Source: Ruditapes philippinarum
Lineage: Eukaryota
Assembly: GCF_026571515.1 (NCBI RefSeq)
Contig: NW_026857848.1
Span: 1 to 64,000, forward strand
Length of the DNA stretch: 64,000 bases
Direction: 5' to 3'
The first letter of the stretch is position 1, and every line of letters begins with the position of its first letter. A program made the position numbers and the translations under genes. Shown here piece by piece: positions 1-13,800 of the stretch. The notes under the pieces are model-generated. The model was not told the DNA's origin. It ran no database searches and worked only from the letters and a program-made list of their open reading frames with translations.

Positions 1-1053
1 AAAAAAATTTGGGTTAAGTTTTACTGTAAAGGAAGATCTCCCGTAACCAAGTAGGGTAGTTTTCTCACGTGGCAGAATCTTAAGTCCCTAGCGTGATTTG
101 ATCCCACTGCGGTGATTTATTAAAAAAAGTTTCCTCGAATGTTTGTTATATCACTGCTCGCAGCTGGAATTATCCATCTCGTAAAATAATGTTGTTACTT
201 TACGAACATTCATGATCAGGAACTAACTTGTCAGGTTATTTTGATTTTTGAACTAGAAGATGTTTTATTTTATTTTAGGATGCCACATGTGGACATGTAG
301 CTTGAAAAATTATAACATTTCATATCTATTTAATAATATGCGTAATTACTTTTTCAAAACATTTCTATTCTTTTTGCAGTGAAAAAAACTTTGTGTTATA
401 AGCAATAAGTTATGATATATTGATAGATTGAGGATATACAATGGTAAAGGCGTCAAAATTGTCGAAAAATACCATTGTTTTATGAGATTTAACAATTTCA
501 AAGACAAAGCATATAGTCAACTTTTGTTCAAATATTCTATATAATTACAAAACAAAAATTTGAATAATAATGTTAAAGACTGTGCCATTTTAATTTCAGT
601 AGTCAAACTTATTAGGTAAGTTGGCCAGAGAAAAACATTTTAACGTCTTTTTATCTATGACAAATATTGGTTTAAAAAAAAAACAGCGAAATATTTATGT
701 ATTTTATCTGATGATCTTAGCTTATTCTAGTTTCAGCTTCTTTATGTTATCGTGATTTCATATACACGCTGTCTATTTCCATTACAACTGTGTCTTTAGC
801 CCACCTGTGACTTCTGGAAATTATTCCTATCCGTTAGAATATTAATTGAACACAAAATAACTTAAATCTCAAGAGATTGGAATGCATCTAGAATGCAGAA
901 ACAAAATGATATACATATAAAATAACTAATAAGTGACATTAGGAAAGTTTTATCTTGAAATATATTTTATCATATACAAAATCATAATACATGTTCATGA
1001 TAAGAAATAATATATAAAAATTGTCTTCAGACTAAAATGTGAATTAATTAAGT

Positions 1054-1059
1054 TTTATT
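1054..1059 (-). terminator. Candidate polyadenylation signal AATAAA in the rGC 3' UTR
   Basis: tttatt on the plus strand about 350 nt downstream of the stop. Other AATAAA copies lie at about 265-275, so the site used is uncertain. Confidence 0.3.
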
Positions 1060-1407
1060 CGCAAATACTTTTTCAGTGGCCTTTGTTTTCGATTACCAGT
1101 TAACAAAGGTTAATTGTGAGTATTTATGCATTTCTCCTCTACACTTTAGCCCGATATATCAGCTCACTACAAAACCACTCGAGAACTGAGTTAGGCTAAC
1201 TTCGTTTTCATGAATATTGTTTGAGTAACAATTAAAAATCACAGTCAAATAAAATAAAGTAATTGTTTTTTTTATGTACATTTTATATCAATGATATATT
1301 GGAATGTCAAATCTCATTACAATCTTGAGTTGTGTGTGATATGGTTGCCGTTCCAACAGTCAGCTGTTGCATCATATGTACAATGTTGTCCAAGAACCAA
1401 TAGCAAC

Positions 1408-1803
1408 TCATGTCACGTGACCAAGAAGTGGTTTCATTTCTACACGCGTCTCAATATCACCATTTCTGTGCCTATTGTGATCAATTTTATGTTTTCCGTT
1501 ACATAATATTCCAGTGTCATGAAAACTTGGACCAGTCTCTTCACTACAAAGATCATTTGTCACTGTGTTATTATCAAACTCTTCTTCAGGTCCATTTGTA
1601 TTATCTAACGACTCGCGGACGGAATGATATGCTCTGTTTGTTTCACCATCAAGGGATGTTCGGAACTGAATAGTTTCGTCCATATCACATTCACTTACAG
1701 TTGACACAGCAAAGCCTTGAGCGGCGGATACAGATTCCAATCGTTTTAAACGTTTCTGTTTATTTTCACCAATCAGCAAATACGTCAGGATTTCGCCTTT
1801 GCC
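1408..1803 (-). CDS. rGC coding exon 21 (end of cyclase domain and C-terminal tail)
   Basis: tag|[24 protein letters not shown]...[12 protein letters not shown]; 396 nt including TGA at 1408-1410. Confidence 0.92.
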   Translation of the reverse strand, partial: GKGEILTYLLIGENKQKRLKRLESVSAAQGFAVSTVSECDMDETIQFRTSLDGETNRAYHSVRESLDNTNGPEEEFDNNTVTNDLCSEETGPSFHDTGILCNGKHKIDHNRHRNGDIETRVEMKPLLGHVT

Positions 1804-4800
1804 CTATAGTGAAGAAATAAAAGGTAGATGCTTATCAAATTGATATGCAACTTTATTGCTCTTACTTCTTGTAAAATATTTTCAAATATTTATTATCCAA
1901 ATAAACTCTTAAACCTGCTGAATAAGTGCAATGTATTTGCCAAACTTAAAATTTAGAAAAATGTTTTCATTGTATTAGGTTTTCCAAGGATTTCAGTATC
2001 AAATTACAAAAAAGAGCTACCGTAACGGCTGATTACTTTCATTTCAATCAAGTTAAGGGTTAAAGCCAACTTTCTCATTATTTTTTTGTTCTGTAAAAGA
2101 ACGTTCATGCACTGCTCGGTAGTTAACTAACAATATCTCTACACCACTTTTACCCTAATTTAGCAAATAGCAGTCAATGCCTAAGATGTACATCTGGAAA
2201 GCATTATTTTTGCACTAAATAAAATCAAATTAAATTAAAGACTGCATGATTTTTATCACAAACTTTGAGTAAATGAAATTATTATGTTGAAGACTGAAAA
2301 TTAATAAGAAGGAATCGTTAGGAGCTGTTTAAATGAAATCTACTTGCAGTACAATGATTACAATAATAACTTTAGGTTATAGTATCACGAGGTTAATATG
2401 AAGAACATTAAAAATTATACATGTCTGTTTTGTCATTATTAATTTACTCAATACATTTAATGTTACATGTATACAATATGTTGGAGTATAAGTAATTAAA
2501 TTGAAGTGAGGCATTCATTTAAACTTAGTAATGTACATATAATACCTTCATTGCTACAAGTCCTCTCTCCTTTAATATATATCCACCCAATTCATCCAAA
2601 AGTGTTTTGCACTGTGGAGAACAGTGGATCTTCAACGCTGAAAAAACAATTTGAAATTATCTTAAAACTCTTCAGATATATTAAAAAAACACACAAAAAA
2701 CGTTCATACTAGAAAATAAACGATATATTCAGCACTCGAAATGTGATTTTCTAATTCCTCATTTTAAAGATAAATTATTCTCTTCTTACACTGTTCTTAT
2801 TGAGAGATCACTGTCTTTTATTTTGCAGATATACTAAAGTATACCAAACGATATGTCTTTACACAGATATTTCAAACAGTTGAATAACGATCAGATAGTT
2901 TCAGATATTTTACAGCAAATGTTATAAACCGAGGTATGAATATATCAACAGAGGTATAAAATTATTTTAACAGAGGCTTAAAAATATTAACCGGTGTTTG
3001 TCAAAACTTATTTACCGAGGCCATTGCTCTCCATCCTGCTAGTGGTATTTACAGCGTCACCAAACAAACAATATCGAGGCATTTTAAGGCCTACAACACC
3101 AGCAACAACAGGCCCGGAATGAATTCCAATCCGCAACTTCAGAGTGTCGTCTGGACGAAAGCGAATTTTAAACTGTTTTATGGCTTTCAGTAAGTGCAGA
3201 GACATCGACGCTATTTCCCCTTTTTAAGAAAAAAACAACAATAAAAATAAAAAATATTTAACAGATAAATGAATGACTGTGTTATTTAACATTTCTGCAG
3301 CAGTGCATTTCTATTGAAAACACAAGTATTATGATTTTAAATATGATTTTGACTTATTTTTTCATGTTTAAGAGGCGTAAGTAAGTTATATCTATCATGA
3401 ATACCATTCTATTTAATTAACAAACTATTTCAGCACAAAATAATGTAATAAGGAAAACTCTCAAAGAACGCAGCCTTTTCACAAAAAAACTGAAACTACT
3501 GCATGTTCATTTTGATTAACCCCGTTTACGAAAGCAGTGCGATATGAAATCTACAGTTTATGCCCCCCAAGAACAGGCTTTAGTACAAAACACTTGAAAA
3601 CTTGAACCCTTGATTATGACTATAATTTTAAATGTAGATCGCGGCCTTACTAGATACATACCTGCATGTAGAATACCGTTTCGTTTAGGTAACCCTGAAC
3701 AGACCATGTAAGCGTCACCAATTGTTTCCACTTTATACACGTCATAGTTCTCGATGATAGAGTCAAACAATGTGTACAAATCATTCAACAAACTTACAAC
3801 CTGACAAAATACAGAAGATCTATTTAACTATAAATATAATGACTAAGGATGATATCAACAGAACAACAAACTATGTTGCAACAGTGTCGGTGTTTTCTAC
3901 AGATCTAAATCCACATATTCTTTTTTAAAATTTTAATTCCACAGCAGATCTTGTCAGTGGAATGAAATTAAAGATAATTAAGAAGTTTTAAATAATCATT
4001 TTGATTTATACGTAATTTATTTTAGTTCCATTGTGTAGAAAACGTATGGCTTATAAACACACGCTCGAATCCGTTCATGTAACCAACCAGTACTGAATAA
4101 TGTGTACACAGTTCTTCGCTACTGGAAACAAAGTCTAGCCCATAAGGGTTTGCACCCATGCTGATAGCAAACCTTAAATTACTATTCCGATATTTTAACG
4201 ATTCGATCATTTTATGCCAAATGAAAACAAACTGAAAGGAATGTATGAACAATTGCATTTATAAAGATGTTTAAAGAACTTTTTCTCGTTTTAATAGCTG
4301 CAAATCAAATATTAACCCAGCCGTGGGTTTAAGTCAAACTACTGCTGGTTCATGGGTTGCCTACGCTTTAATGCGAAAAAACCAAAAAATTTAATTTTTT
4401 GGGTTTAACAATTTTTTAAGCTATAAAGATTTTTGAATTTTTTCCTTTTAAAATGCAAATGTTGGTATTAAATATTAAAGAAACATGGTCATATCGCCTT
4501 AACGGCTGCACTTGACCCGATTAGTAATCACTAAAGACAAGTATTATTGCTGCAAGCAATAAGAAAGTAATCTGCAAAAAATCGGACTAATTTGCCTTGC
4601 CCTCAGTTTAGAGCCAGATCAGACTGCTCGGACGGATGCTCAAATCTTGTACTCACTTAAACATCAACTGGACTGTTTAAATGCAGGACAAATCCATTTC
4701 ACAAATTCAGCAGAAAAATGGTTTAGAAATTAATTATGTTGTACAAAATCAGTTATGTATACATACCTGCAATGGAGAGCTATCAGCACACATTGCTGTG

Positions 4801-7800
4801 AAACCACAAATATCAGAGAAATAGATGGTAACATTGTCAAATGATTCCGCTTCAACAACCTTCCCTCGCTTCAATTGTTCCGTCACCGCCCTTCATGGAC
4901 AAGACAAAAGAAACAGCAGTTGTAAGATGAAAGTATTTTATTCAGTATTTGATCTTTGAATAAAAAAATAAATGTAAAGCTTTCAAATGATTGCAAGGTC
5001 AATGAAAAATTACGCTGGTCTTATATACAGCATATAAATAAAGATAATCACTCAATTAACAAACGATTAATTATGTTAAAAATAAACGAATTAATCATTG
5101 ATTTTCCGCTTATAAAATGATCTAAAATGTTTTATATTAAAATTAGTTGAATTCATACAAAAATGTTCGCATTAAAGCATAGGAGGTGTCTAGGAAGTTA
5201 AAGAAAGCAAAAGCTATAATGCTTCTAAGCAAGCTTTTATAAAAACAATATCAGCATTAAGACAAATGACACAATGTTTCTCAGAGGATTATAATACAGT
5301 AGTAGCATTAAAGCAGACGATAAAATGTGTCTCAGACAGACTAAATAGAAAACATCAGCGATTAAGCAAATACAACAAAGTTTTTTTCAGACGGTACAGC
5401 TGTACATTAAAAATTGACTTAATACGATTGGCAAACACGTTCAGTATTTTCAATAGCAAAGAAGCAACTGTTTTTAGCTTGTCTTTTACGCCAATATTTA
5501 TGTAAGTATGAATATGGTAATCAACTCCAGTTTCAATTTAAAAATGTCTTGTTTTATTAAAAAAATAATCAAAACATTTCGACTTAAAAGTCTTCGGGTA
5601 TACTTGTTTACAGGAATGACGTCAACGTCACACAACGTCAAGGACAACGACGTCAAATGTAATACATAATTTGGCGTACTAACGCAATATGCAGGATCTT
5701 AAAAGATACAAAAACACTGGTAAAGATGTAGTAAAAAGCAATGTAAAAATGGAACACCAGCATAAACGCCAATATAAACTTATTTTGGTCATATCTTAGT
5801 GGAAAGAACACCTGACCAGTTTCTCTGGATAACTAACCAGTAATTAACAATTTCTCTGCAGGTGACCGAAAAACAATTGAAATTGGAAAATGTAAAACAA
5901 ACATGAGAACTCACTTAGGCAACATTTGAAGTAAGATGTCTTCAGTTTTCTTTTTCTCTTCCCTGAGCTGGTCAGTTCGTTCCTCCACCAACGCCTCAAG
6001 ATTGCTCGCGTATTTCTCCATCATAGCTATCATATTATCCATGATATTGGGTTTCCTGAAATATGAGCCATTTTATCAAACAAATTGTGCTTTCTGAAAT
6101 ATGAGCCATAATATTGGGTTCCTTAAAAATGATCCATAATATTGGGTTTGTATAATGGCGGTATTTATGAGGCTTTATTTTCATTTGGAAGAAAAGGATA
6201 CGTATAACTTCCAAAAACTGCAAGACATCCAACAGTTTTCATGCTTTAAAATTCTAAAAGACCCCTGGGGACTCTTTCTCCTCACGAATTCGTGATTTTA
6301 ATTTCACAAAGTTAAAAACGTGAATTTGTGTAATTTAATTCATAAAGTTGAAATCGACAACTTGTGACGTTGAAATCGTGAATTTGTGATACTGAAATAG
6401 TAAACTCACTTATTCATTGTGAATTCATGAAGTTTATATCGCGAATGTGTAAAGTTGTGTTGTAATATGTCCCTCCCGGTCTTACGTAGTTTTCTGTTTA
6501 TCTACCTAGCATGAACCCATAAACAAAACGCACCGCAATGTGAAGCCGTAAATTTCTTGTCATACCCATAAATCTATTTAAACATCATTGATTGCACCAG
6601 ATTTACTTGTACATAAATAAAAGTTGTCGGCGTTTAGATAATTAGAATAGTTGTTACAGTAAAAATGTTTAAATTTTGCGATAGTAAATTAATTGAAAGG
6701 TCTTATCAACAAAAATAACTGTACAATTTAATTATCAAAATGGGTATGTTACAAGATATAAAACACTTGTTGAAAGTGGGTTATATTCAACTATGAAGTG
6801 TAAACATGCAGCAAACTCTGATAAGAGAAATATTAATGTATTTTCGCTTTAAACAGCGTTAGAGTCAGTTGCGGGTGTTAAAGTATTTATTCGAACTGTA
6901 AACCGTAATGTCTTTAATATTGCAAGAGGGATGATATTATCTGTTCAGGGAGAGAAAGCTGAACGTATTCCCTCCGATGTATCCGTAAAAATGTTTAGGA
7001 AACTGATCTTTTGAAGAAAAAAAACCCATCAAAATAAAATTTAATGCTTTTTCTATTTGTAATAATTTTATGCTCATACTTGAACTTGATAACATATTGA
7101 AATTCAGAAGTTGTTTTTATATGATAGTACATCTTAAAGTCATGATTATTACTCACAAAATTATTATATATTCTTCTTTAGAAAGGGACATACATGTGTT
7201 TTATACTGTTTTTAGGATGTATTTTAAACAAATTGGTGCTCATCATTTAAGTTAGTAGCGCTTTATAATATTAATAATAATAATAAAATCTTTATTTATA
7301 GAAGGTATCATACAAAGTTAACACAGTAAGAAAATATACTTATTTTCAGTATGGCCTTCTGATTTAACAATAACAAAGAAAAAAATGTAGATCTATTATA
7401 AGAAATAATGTGTCACTAAAGTAGCAAAACGTTAATATTGAGGCAGTTTTACTTCACTATATACGAATCTCTATATCATTATTAATACTAATTGCAACAA
7501 AGGCAAAATTAGAAAAAGACGGTTCAGCAATACATTCAACTAATGATGACTTTTCCGGAAATTTTAAAAGGACGGTATCCAGTATTGAAAATTATAGCAT
7601 GTTAAAGGGTTCAAAAGTCTATAAACATAAAATTTGAATTTCTTACATATATCAAACTGGGCACTAAAAACAGAAAGATATGCAAAAGATAATTATGTAA
7701 CATACCCAGAAATAAATTGAAAATTCTATTCTGATTTATTTCAATTTTTGGTAATTTTAAAATCAGAATAATTATTCTGGAAAAAAGGATTAAGAGAATG

Positions 7801-10800
7801 AACTGAAATTTTGCACACAAGTGATTGGTCTAGACCTACACCTAGTGGAGCATTAATCTCGAAAACATATTTCCAGTTCCCACCTGTCAAAAAGGTCAGT
7901 GGAGTTCAATTAAGGCTAAAGGAACCTTAAGGTACTTTATTAATAAAAAATATGCTATCTTACATTCCCTTCTGTATTGGTTTCAGCCGGTTTCGGATGG
8001 TTTTGAAATCTGGTCTTCGTACTGGATCTTCATCCCAGCACTCTTTGATAACATCTATAACTATTTTCAGCGTCGTATCAAGCGCTCCAAGATGTGGACG
8101 AAATGGAATGTAGTTGTGACACTCTTTGACCCGATCAATAATGTCTGAACAAGAAATATATTTGATTATATGGTAACTCTTTTGAAAGTTAGATTTTTAC
8201 TAACAGTAAAGAAACCCTTAATTGTCCAACAAATTTCACAACAAAATTAATACTTATTTGTCTTAGTAAAATAGTGCACGTGGCATTTTAAAGAAATAAT
8301 ACGATAAGATTTCTCAGAATATCCTGAAAACGGACACTTTGCCACATTTTTACAGAGATTCCATGATTCAAAGTTTGAGCCACATGCAAATTTAGAACAT
8401 AAATAATTATGAAATCTACGTTTTGTTACGCTATAGTTGTTTGAAGTTTGAAGAATATTAAATTACAATGACCTATTATTCAAAAGTACACGAGACTTCT
8501 AAAGAAATGGTTCCATTGTTTTTTTCACTCTTAGCTTTATATTTAATGACACTAACATTATTGTAAATTCCAAGGTTTTGCGTCATATGAAATATCTCTA
8601 AGAAAACAAAGTCTAATTTAATTGATAATGGATATACATCTAGGCTTATATAATGTTTTTTAGGATTACAACATTTACCTTTAGGAGAAAGTTCAATATC
8701 TCCATATGGACCTTTTCTACCATGAATCTCATACATTATTATGGCAAATGAATATACATCTGCTTCCTGCGTACCCCGCCTTGGGGAATTATTTACCCGT
8801 AACAATTCCGGTGCTTTCCAAAGAAGATCTGAAAAGTATCAGAAAAATAATATTATGACACACATCGTATATTTCTATAGTTTTTGCCTATCAGTCATAA
8901 AATCCATTTACATGGGAAGACATACTATTTGCTTTCTTTTCTAAATATGTCATAATATAACTTACGCCTGAAAAGTAACACACAACTAGTACATTTGTTT
9001 AAATTTTAAACCGCAAAAATTATTTTCTTCCGTACCTGCTTCCACTTATAAATAACAATTCAATATTACTGCTCATTAGTTGTTAGTACAAATGTATTTT
9101 AACTTTTTTTCCGTTTGTTGTACACTTATTACTCATTTCATGTTGGTAACTACTGTACTTATGTTTGAACTATATAAAATATATATGGCTTAAACCAAAC
9201 CAACTAGTACATTGAATAACATTTGTTATTTTATAAACGCACTTTTTACGTAAATTGTGAATGAAATCTATATTTAAAGATATAATAATGAACTGTAGGA
9301 AGTTCTTCTTGAATATGTATAATATGACACATTCTGTTTGTCACACTATGTATGGAAATCTGCACCCCCCAAAGGAACAAAACCCCCCAAAAGCAACAAA
9401 ACTAAAAAAAAGAAGAAAAAAACAAACAAAAAAAGGTCATGTACAATAAGGTCTTTAGGTCTTTTCTTTATGTATTCATACTATGTTTACCTATAATGTC
9501 AGATTTTAAACGTAGTTAATAACTAATGATAGTGTATTCAAAAATGTTTATAAAGACACTGTGTAGCAGTTATTTATATTTTCAAATACGAAACTTGACC
9601 ATCATAGTAATATCTTTCAAGCAAACTTAAATTTAAGGTAAACCATTCTTTTTAAAATTTCTACAGTTCTTAATTCAGTATCAGATTTTTCTATTTCTAC
9701 ATTTCTTATTTCAATATGAGACCTTTTATATCTTCAGTTTTCACTTCTTTACCACCAATTCTTACTTCTTTATTAGCAGTTGTTACTTTTTTTAACAGTG
9801 GGACCTTTTATATCTGCATTTTTTACTTCTTATCACCAGTTCTGATTTCTAGATCAGATATTTTAGATACGTAGTTTTTACTTCTATGTCAGCAGTTTTT
9901 ACTTCTTTTTCAGCAGTTAAAACTTTTTATCAGGCAATTTATATATGCAGCTCTTACTTCTTTATTAGCAGGTCTTACTTCCTTTTCAGCAGTTCTTATT
10001 TCTTTATCAGCCATATTATACATGTATCTGCAGTTCTTTCTTCTGTTTCAGCAGTTTTTACTTCTATATCAGCAGTACTTCTTTATCAGATTTATTATAT
10101 GACAATTCTTACTTCTATATTTAGCAAAGTCTCCTTCATCTTCGTCTTCCTCTCCCTCCATGAACTCGTGCAAACCAAAATCTGTAATTTTCAACACCCA
10201 TCTGTTGTCAACCAGACAATTTGAGGATTTTAGTTTACCATGTGATTTTATCTCGCTATCGTGTAGATAAATCATACCCTGAAGATAAAGAATTTATCTT
10301 ACATTCACCGAAGCATTTTGATTTTCACATTGAATTTGAAAAAAAAAAGATTTAATATGTAAAGAAACCAAAGAAGAAAATGACGAAGAAGAAATAGAAA
10401 AAGAAGAAGAAAAAGACAGAAAGAAGAAAATGATGATGAAGAAGGAAACAAAAAGAACAACAACAAAAAACAACAACATAAAAACAACAAAGACGTAAAC
10501 AAACAAACAACAACACGATTCGTGTAGAATGTAATAAACTAATAATATTCAAAAACAAATTGATATTCAATTCATTAAATATTTAGTACCAAAATAAATC
10601 AACTAAAGATTACCCACTCCTAAATAATGAATCATCTATGAAATAGGAATAATCTAATTCGTGCAGAAATGCAACGCATTTTACTCCTTCAATAAATATT
10701 TTGACAACTTTATGCATGTAAGACAATAAAATTGAATAACTTTAAACGTTTTATGGAAAATTTATCAAATCCTTGTAAAAATCCTTGTAAAAAAAGAGAA

Positions 10801-13800
10801 AAAAACAAACAACAAAAACAATAATTACGACCCATTTAACATGGAAAAGAGAAATTTATAGCACTTAAACAACAATATTCTGCACTTCTTCAAATATATT
10901 CTCAAAGGTATATTTATCACTCACACAACCGTATCATACACACCAAATAACCATATACTGCACTCATACAACCATATTTAATTAACTAATACAACCGCAT
11001 ATTGCACTCATACATGCATATATCTTTTTCATTCAATCACATATTGAACTCCAGCCACATATTGAACTCATACATTTATATATGGCACTTATACAACCTA
11101 TATTTATATCCATACAAACATGACAGTCGTTCACCCATATTTTGCACTCAAACAATCATATCTTGCACCTTTATATCAAAATAATGAACATATTCTGTCG
11201 CTTTATTACATACAGCATACCTGATATTCCTACAACTTTACGTTCAGGTAACCATATATTACACTCATACAGCCATGTCGTGCAGTCATACCATGATACC
11301 ATAGGCACATATAACCATCTCATACAGCTATATCTTGCATTCATAGAACCGTATCTTACGCAGATATAACCATATATTACACTCATACAGCTATAGCTTG
11401 CACTCATATAACCGTAGCTTACACAGATATAACCATATATTACACTCATACAGCCGTATCTTGCACTCATGTAACCGTATCTTTCGCAGACATAACCATA
11501 TATTACACTCATACAGCTGTATCTTGCACTCATGTAACCGTATCTTTCGCAGATATAACCATATATTACACTCATACAGCTGTATCTTGCACTCATATAA
11601 CCGTATCTTTCGCAGATATAACCATATATTACACTCATACAGCTATATCTTGCACTCATATAACCGTATCTTTCGCAGATATAACCATATATTACACTCA
11701 TACAGCTGTATCTTGCACTCATATAACCATACCTTACACTATTACAACATTTGTACTCTTGAAAGAAACTCAAAAACAACTACAATTATTACCCTTATAA
11801 TGTCAAACACGAGTGATGCTCTAAACATGTCATCAAGCTGAATGTCGTCGTTCTCTAGAAGATCTTGAAGACTTCCTTTTGAACAATATGATGTTACTAT
11901 CAACACAGTTGGAGAGTCTAGACATGCCCCTATGAAAGGATTTAAGTTGTCGTGTCGTAAGTCACGAATCTAAATAGAAGAAACCTATGTCATTTTATAT
12001 CAAACTATGCTTATGCACTTTGTCTTTCCACTGTTTTATTTGTGTTGTAGAAATAAAGTTCTCTTTTATAGCCAATTTAGTCAGCTAGTTCAATTTCAGA
12101 GTGAACTTATCGGAAATGTTACCTACAAGCATATGCTTATGTTATAAACAGTTTTTTTTAAATATATGTTTTCATTACACTCGTTGAACGCTGTTGAAGT
12201 AGATCTCGAATAGATTTATTTCTTTACTTACCACTTTTAGCTCTTTCTTTATGCTTCTTGTCAGTTCAACATTCTTTTTCCTTATTTTCCTCACGGCAAT
12301 CACCATACCTTTATACGTGGCAACACATGTGAAAAGCTGCCGGAAATCGAACTCACCCTGCGATGCCAATGACATCTGGCTGTTAACTCGAACAACAGCA
12401 GTTCGCTATGTAAAACAAATAAATAATAAAGATATCAAATCTGATCTTAAACAACTTGAAGAGAACACTGAAGAAATGTCATCAGATATATAATCTAATA
12501 TAAAACTAGTTGAAGAAAATACTAACAAAATGTCATTGGGAAACATACACTGATTTATTAAGAGAAATATATTTAAATGGCATTGGTATACATGTAGATA
12601 TGAGTTGATAAAAAGCACAGCTAGCAAGTTTATTTACTTAAGACTACATTGTTAAATATTTAAATACTTCGACTGTAAAAAACCCTTTCAAATTCAACCA
12701 TGGTTATAATTGTGTTAATTAAATATTACTATATTGACATAATGTTATTCATGCAATTTGTTATCTTTCTGACAAATGAGAAGTTGAACGGTTATCTGAG
12801 ATACTTGAAAAAAGATTATTCTTTAAGAAAATAAACAAAAGGTCACATAGCTGTTTAACCACTGCTCTACACTATGTAAAGAATTTCGTTATAGGAAATC
12901 AATTGTTGCATATTTTTGCCAATACTTTTACACTTAATTAAATAAAACACTCGTTTTATTGTTGGTAGAAATATTTCTCTCTCATAAAAATATTACAGTA
13001 TTTATCAAGTCTATGTTCTAACAATTTTATAAAACATATTTTCAATTCCTGAGAAGATATTAACCTAAAATTACATTATACTAATGATTTTATATTTATA
13101 TGCACTTTTATCATAGATATGTCTCTTAACAAACTTATCTTCAGCATGCAAGAATATATCTTGAATAATAATATCGAAGAAACATTACAATATTTTGTCA
13201 TTACTTTAACAATCGAATGCAAGAAATTTGAAATTTTAAGTTACAATTTATACAGTCAAATCTGCGTTAAAGACCACATCTAAATAAAGATCCTCCCTTG
13301 CAAATGAATGTTCTTTTCGGCGATCCTTCATTGATTAAATAGCAAAGAAATGATCATGATCTCCAAATAAAGACCATTTGCTTGGTAAGGTCATGTCCTT
13401 TCTCTCCATTGGTTGATCTTTATTCACAGACTTGACTTGTATCGGTACAAGCAAACTTTATGCTATGATAGAATTATCTTTTAGTATTGTTTTCTTATAT
13501 ATAAGATAATATAGAATAGTAGTTGTTATAAATAAATTATATTTTGTTGTAGCAGTTTAACAGGAAAACATTCCACCTGTTAAGATGCGTAACATTGCTT
13601 ATGTTTGTACCATTTATCTCCCCATAAGAAAAACCCATCACCAGAATCTAATCTATTAACTTGCCACTTTTGATATCCTTCAAGGAGAAGGCAATACAAT
13701 GTCTAACAAAAAAATTACGAACATAAAATATCAGTAAATATAAACTTTGTATCATAATTCGACAAACTGTTATTATAAATCTACTCCATTGCAATAAATA

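Noticed and set aside
10294-10570. Three overlapping hydrophobic ORFs
   Set aside because: A-rich low-complexity intron sequence (GAA/CAA repeats) read on the T-rich strand.
11730-11800. 63-bp array as a third junction-derived repeat (exon 12 donor)
   Set aside because: Similarity between ttattacccttataa and atattacactcatataa is too weak in AT-rich DNA to claim common origin.
11171-11841. 202-aa and 147-aa ORFs with repeated Cys/Tyr- or His-rich peptides
   Set aside because: They are translations of the 63-bp intronic minisatellite (unit divisible by 3), open on both strands, with no independent gene signals.
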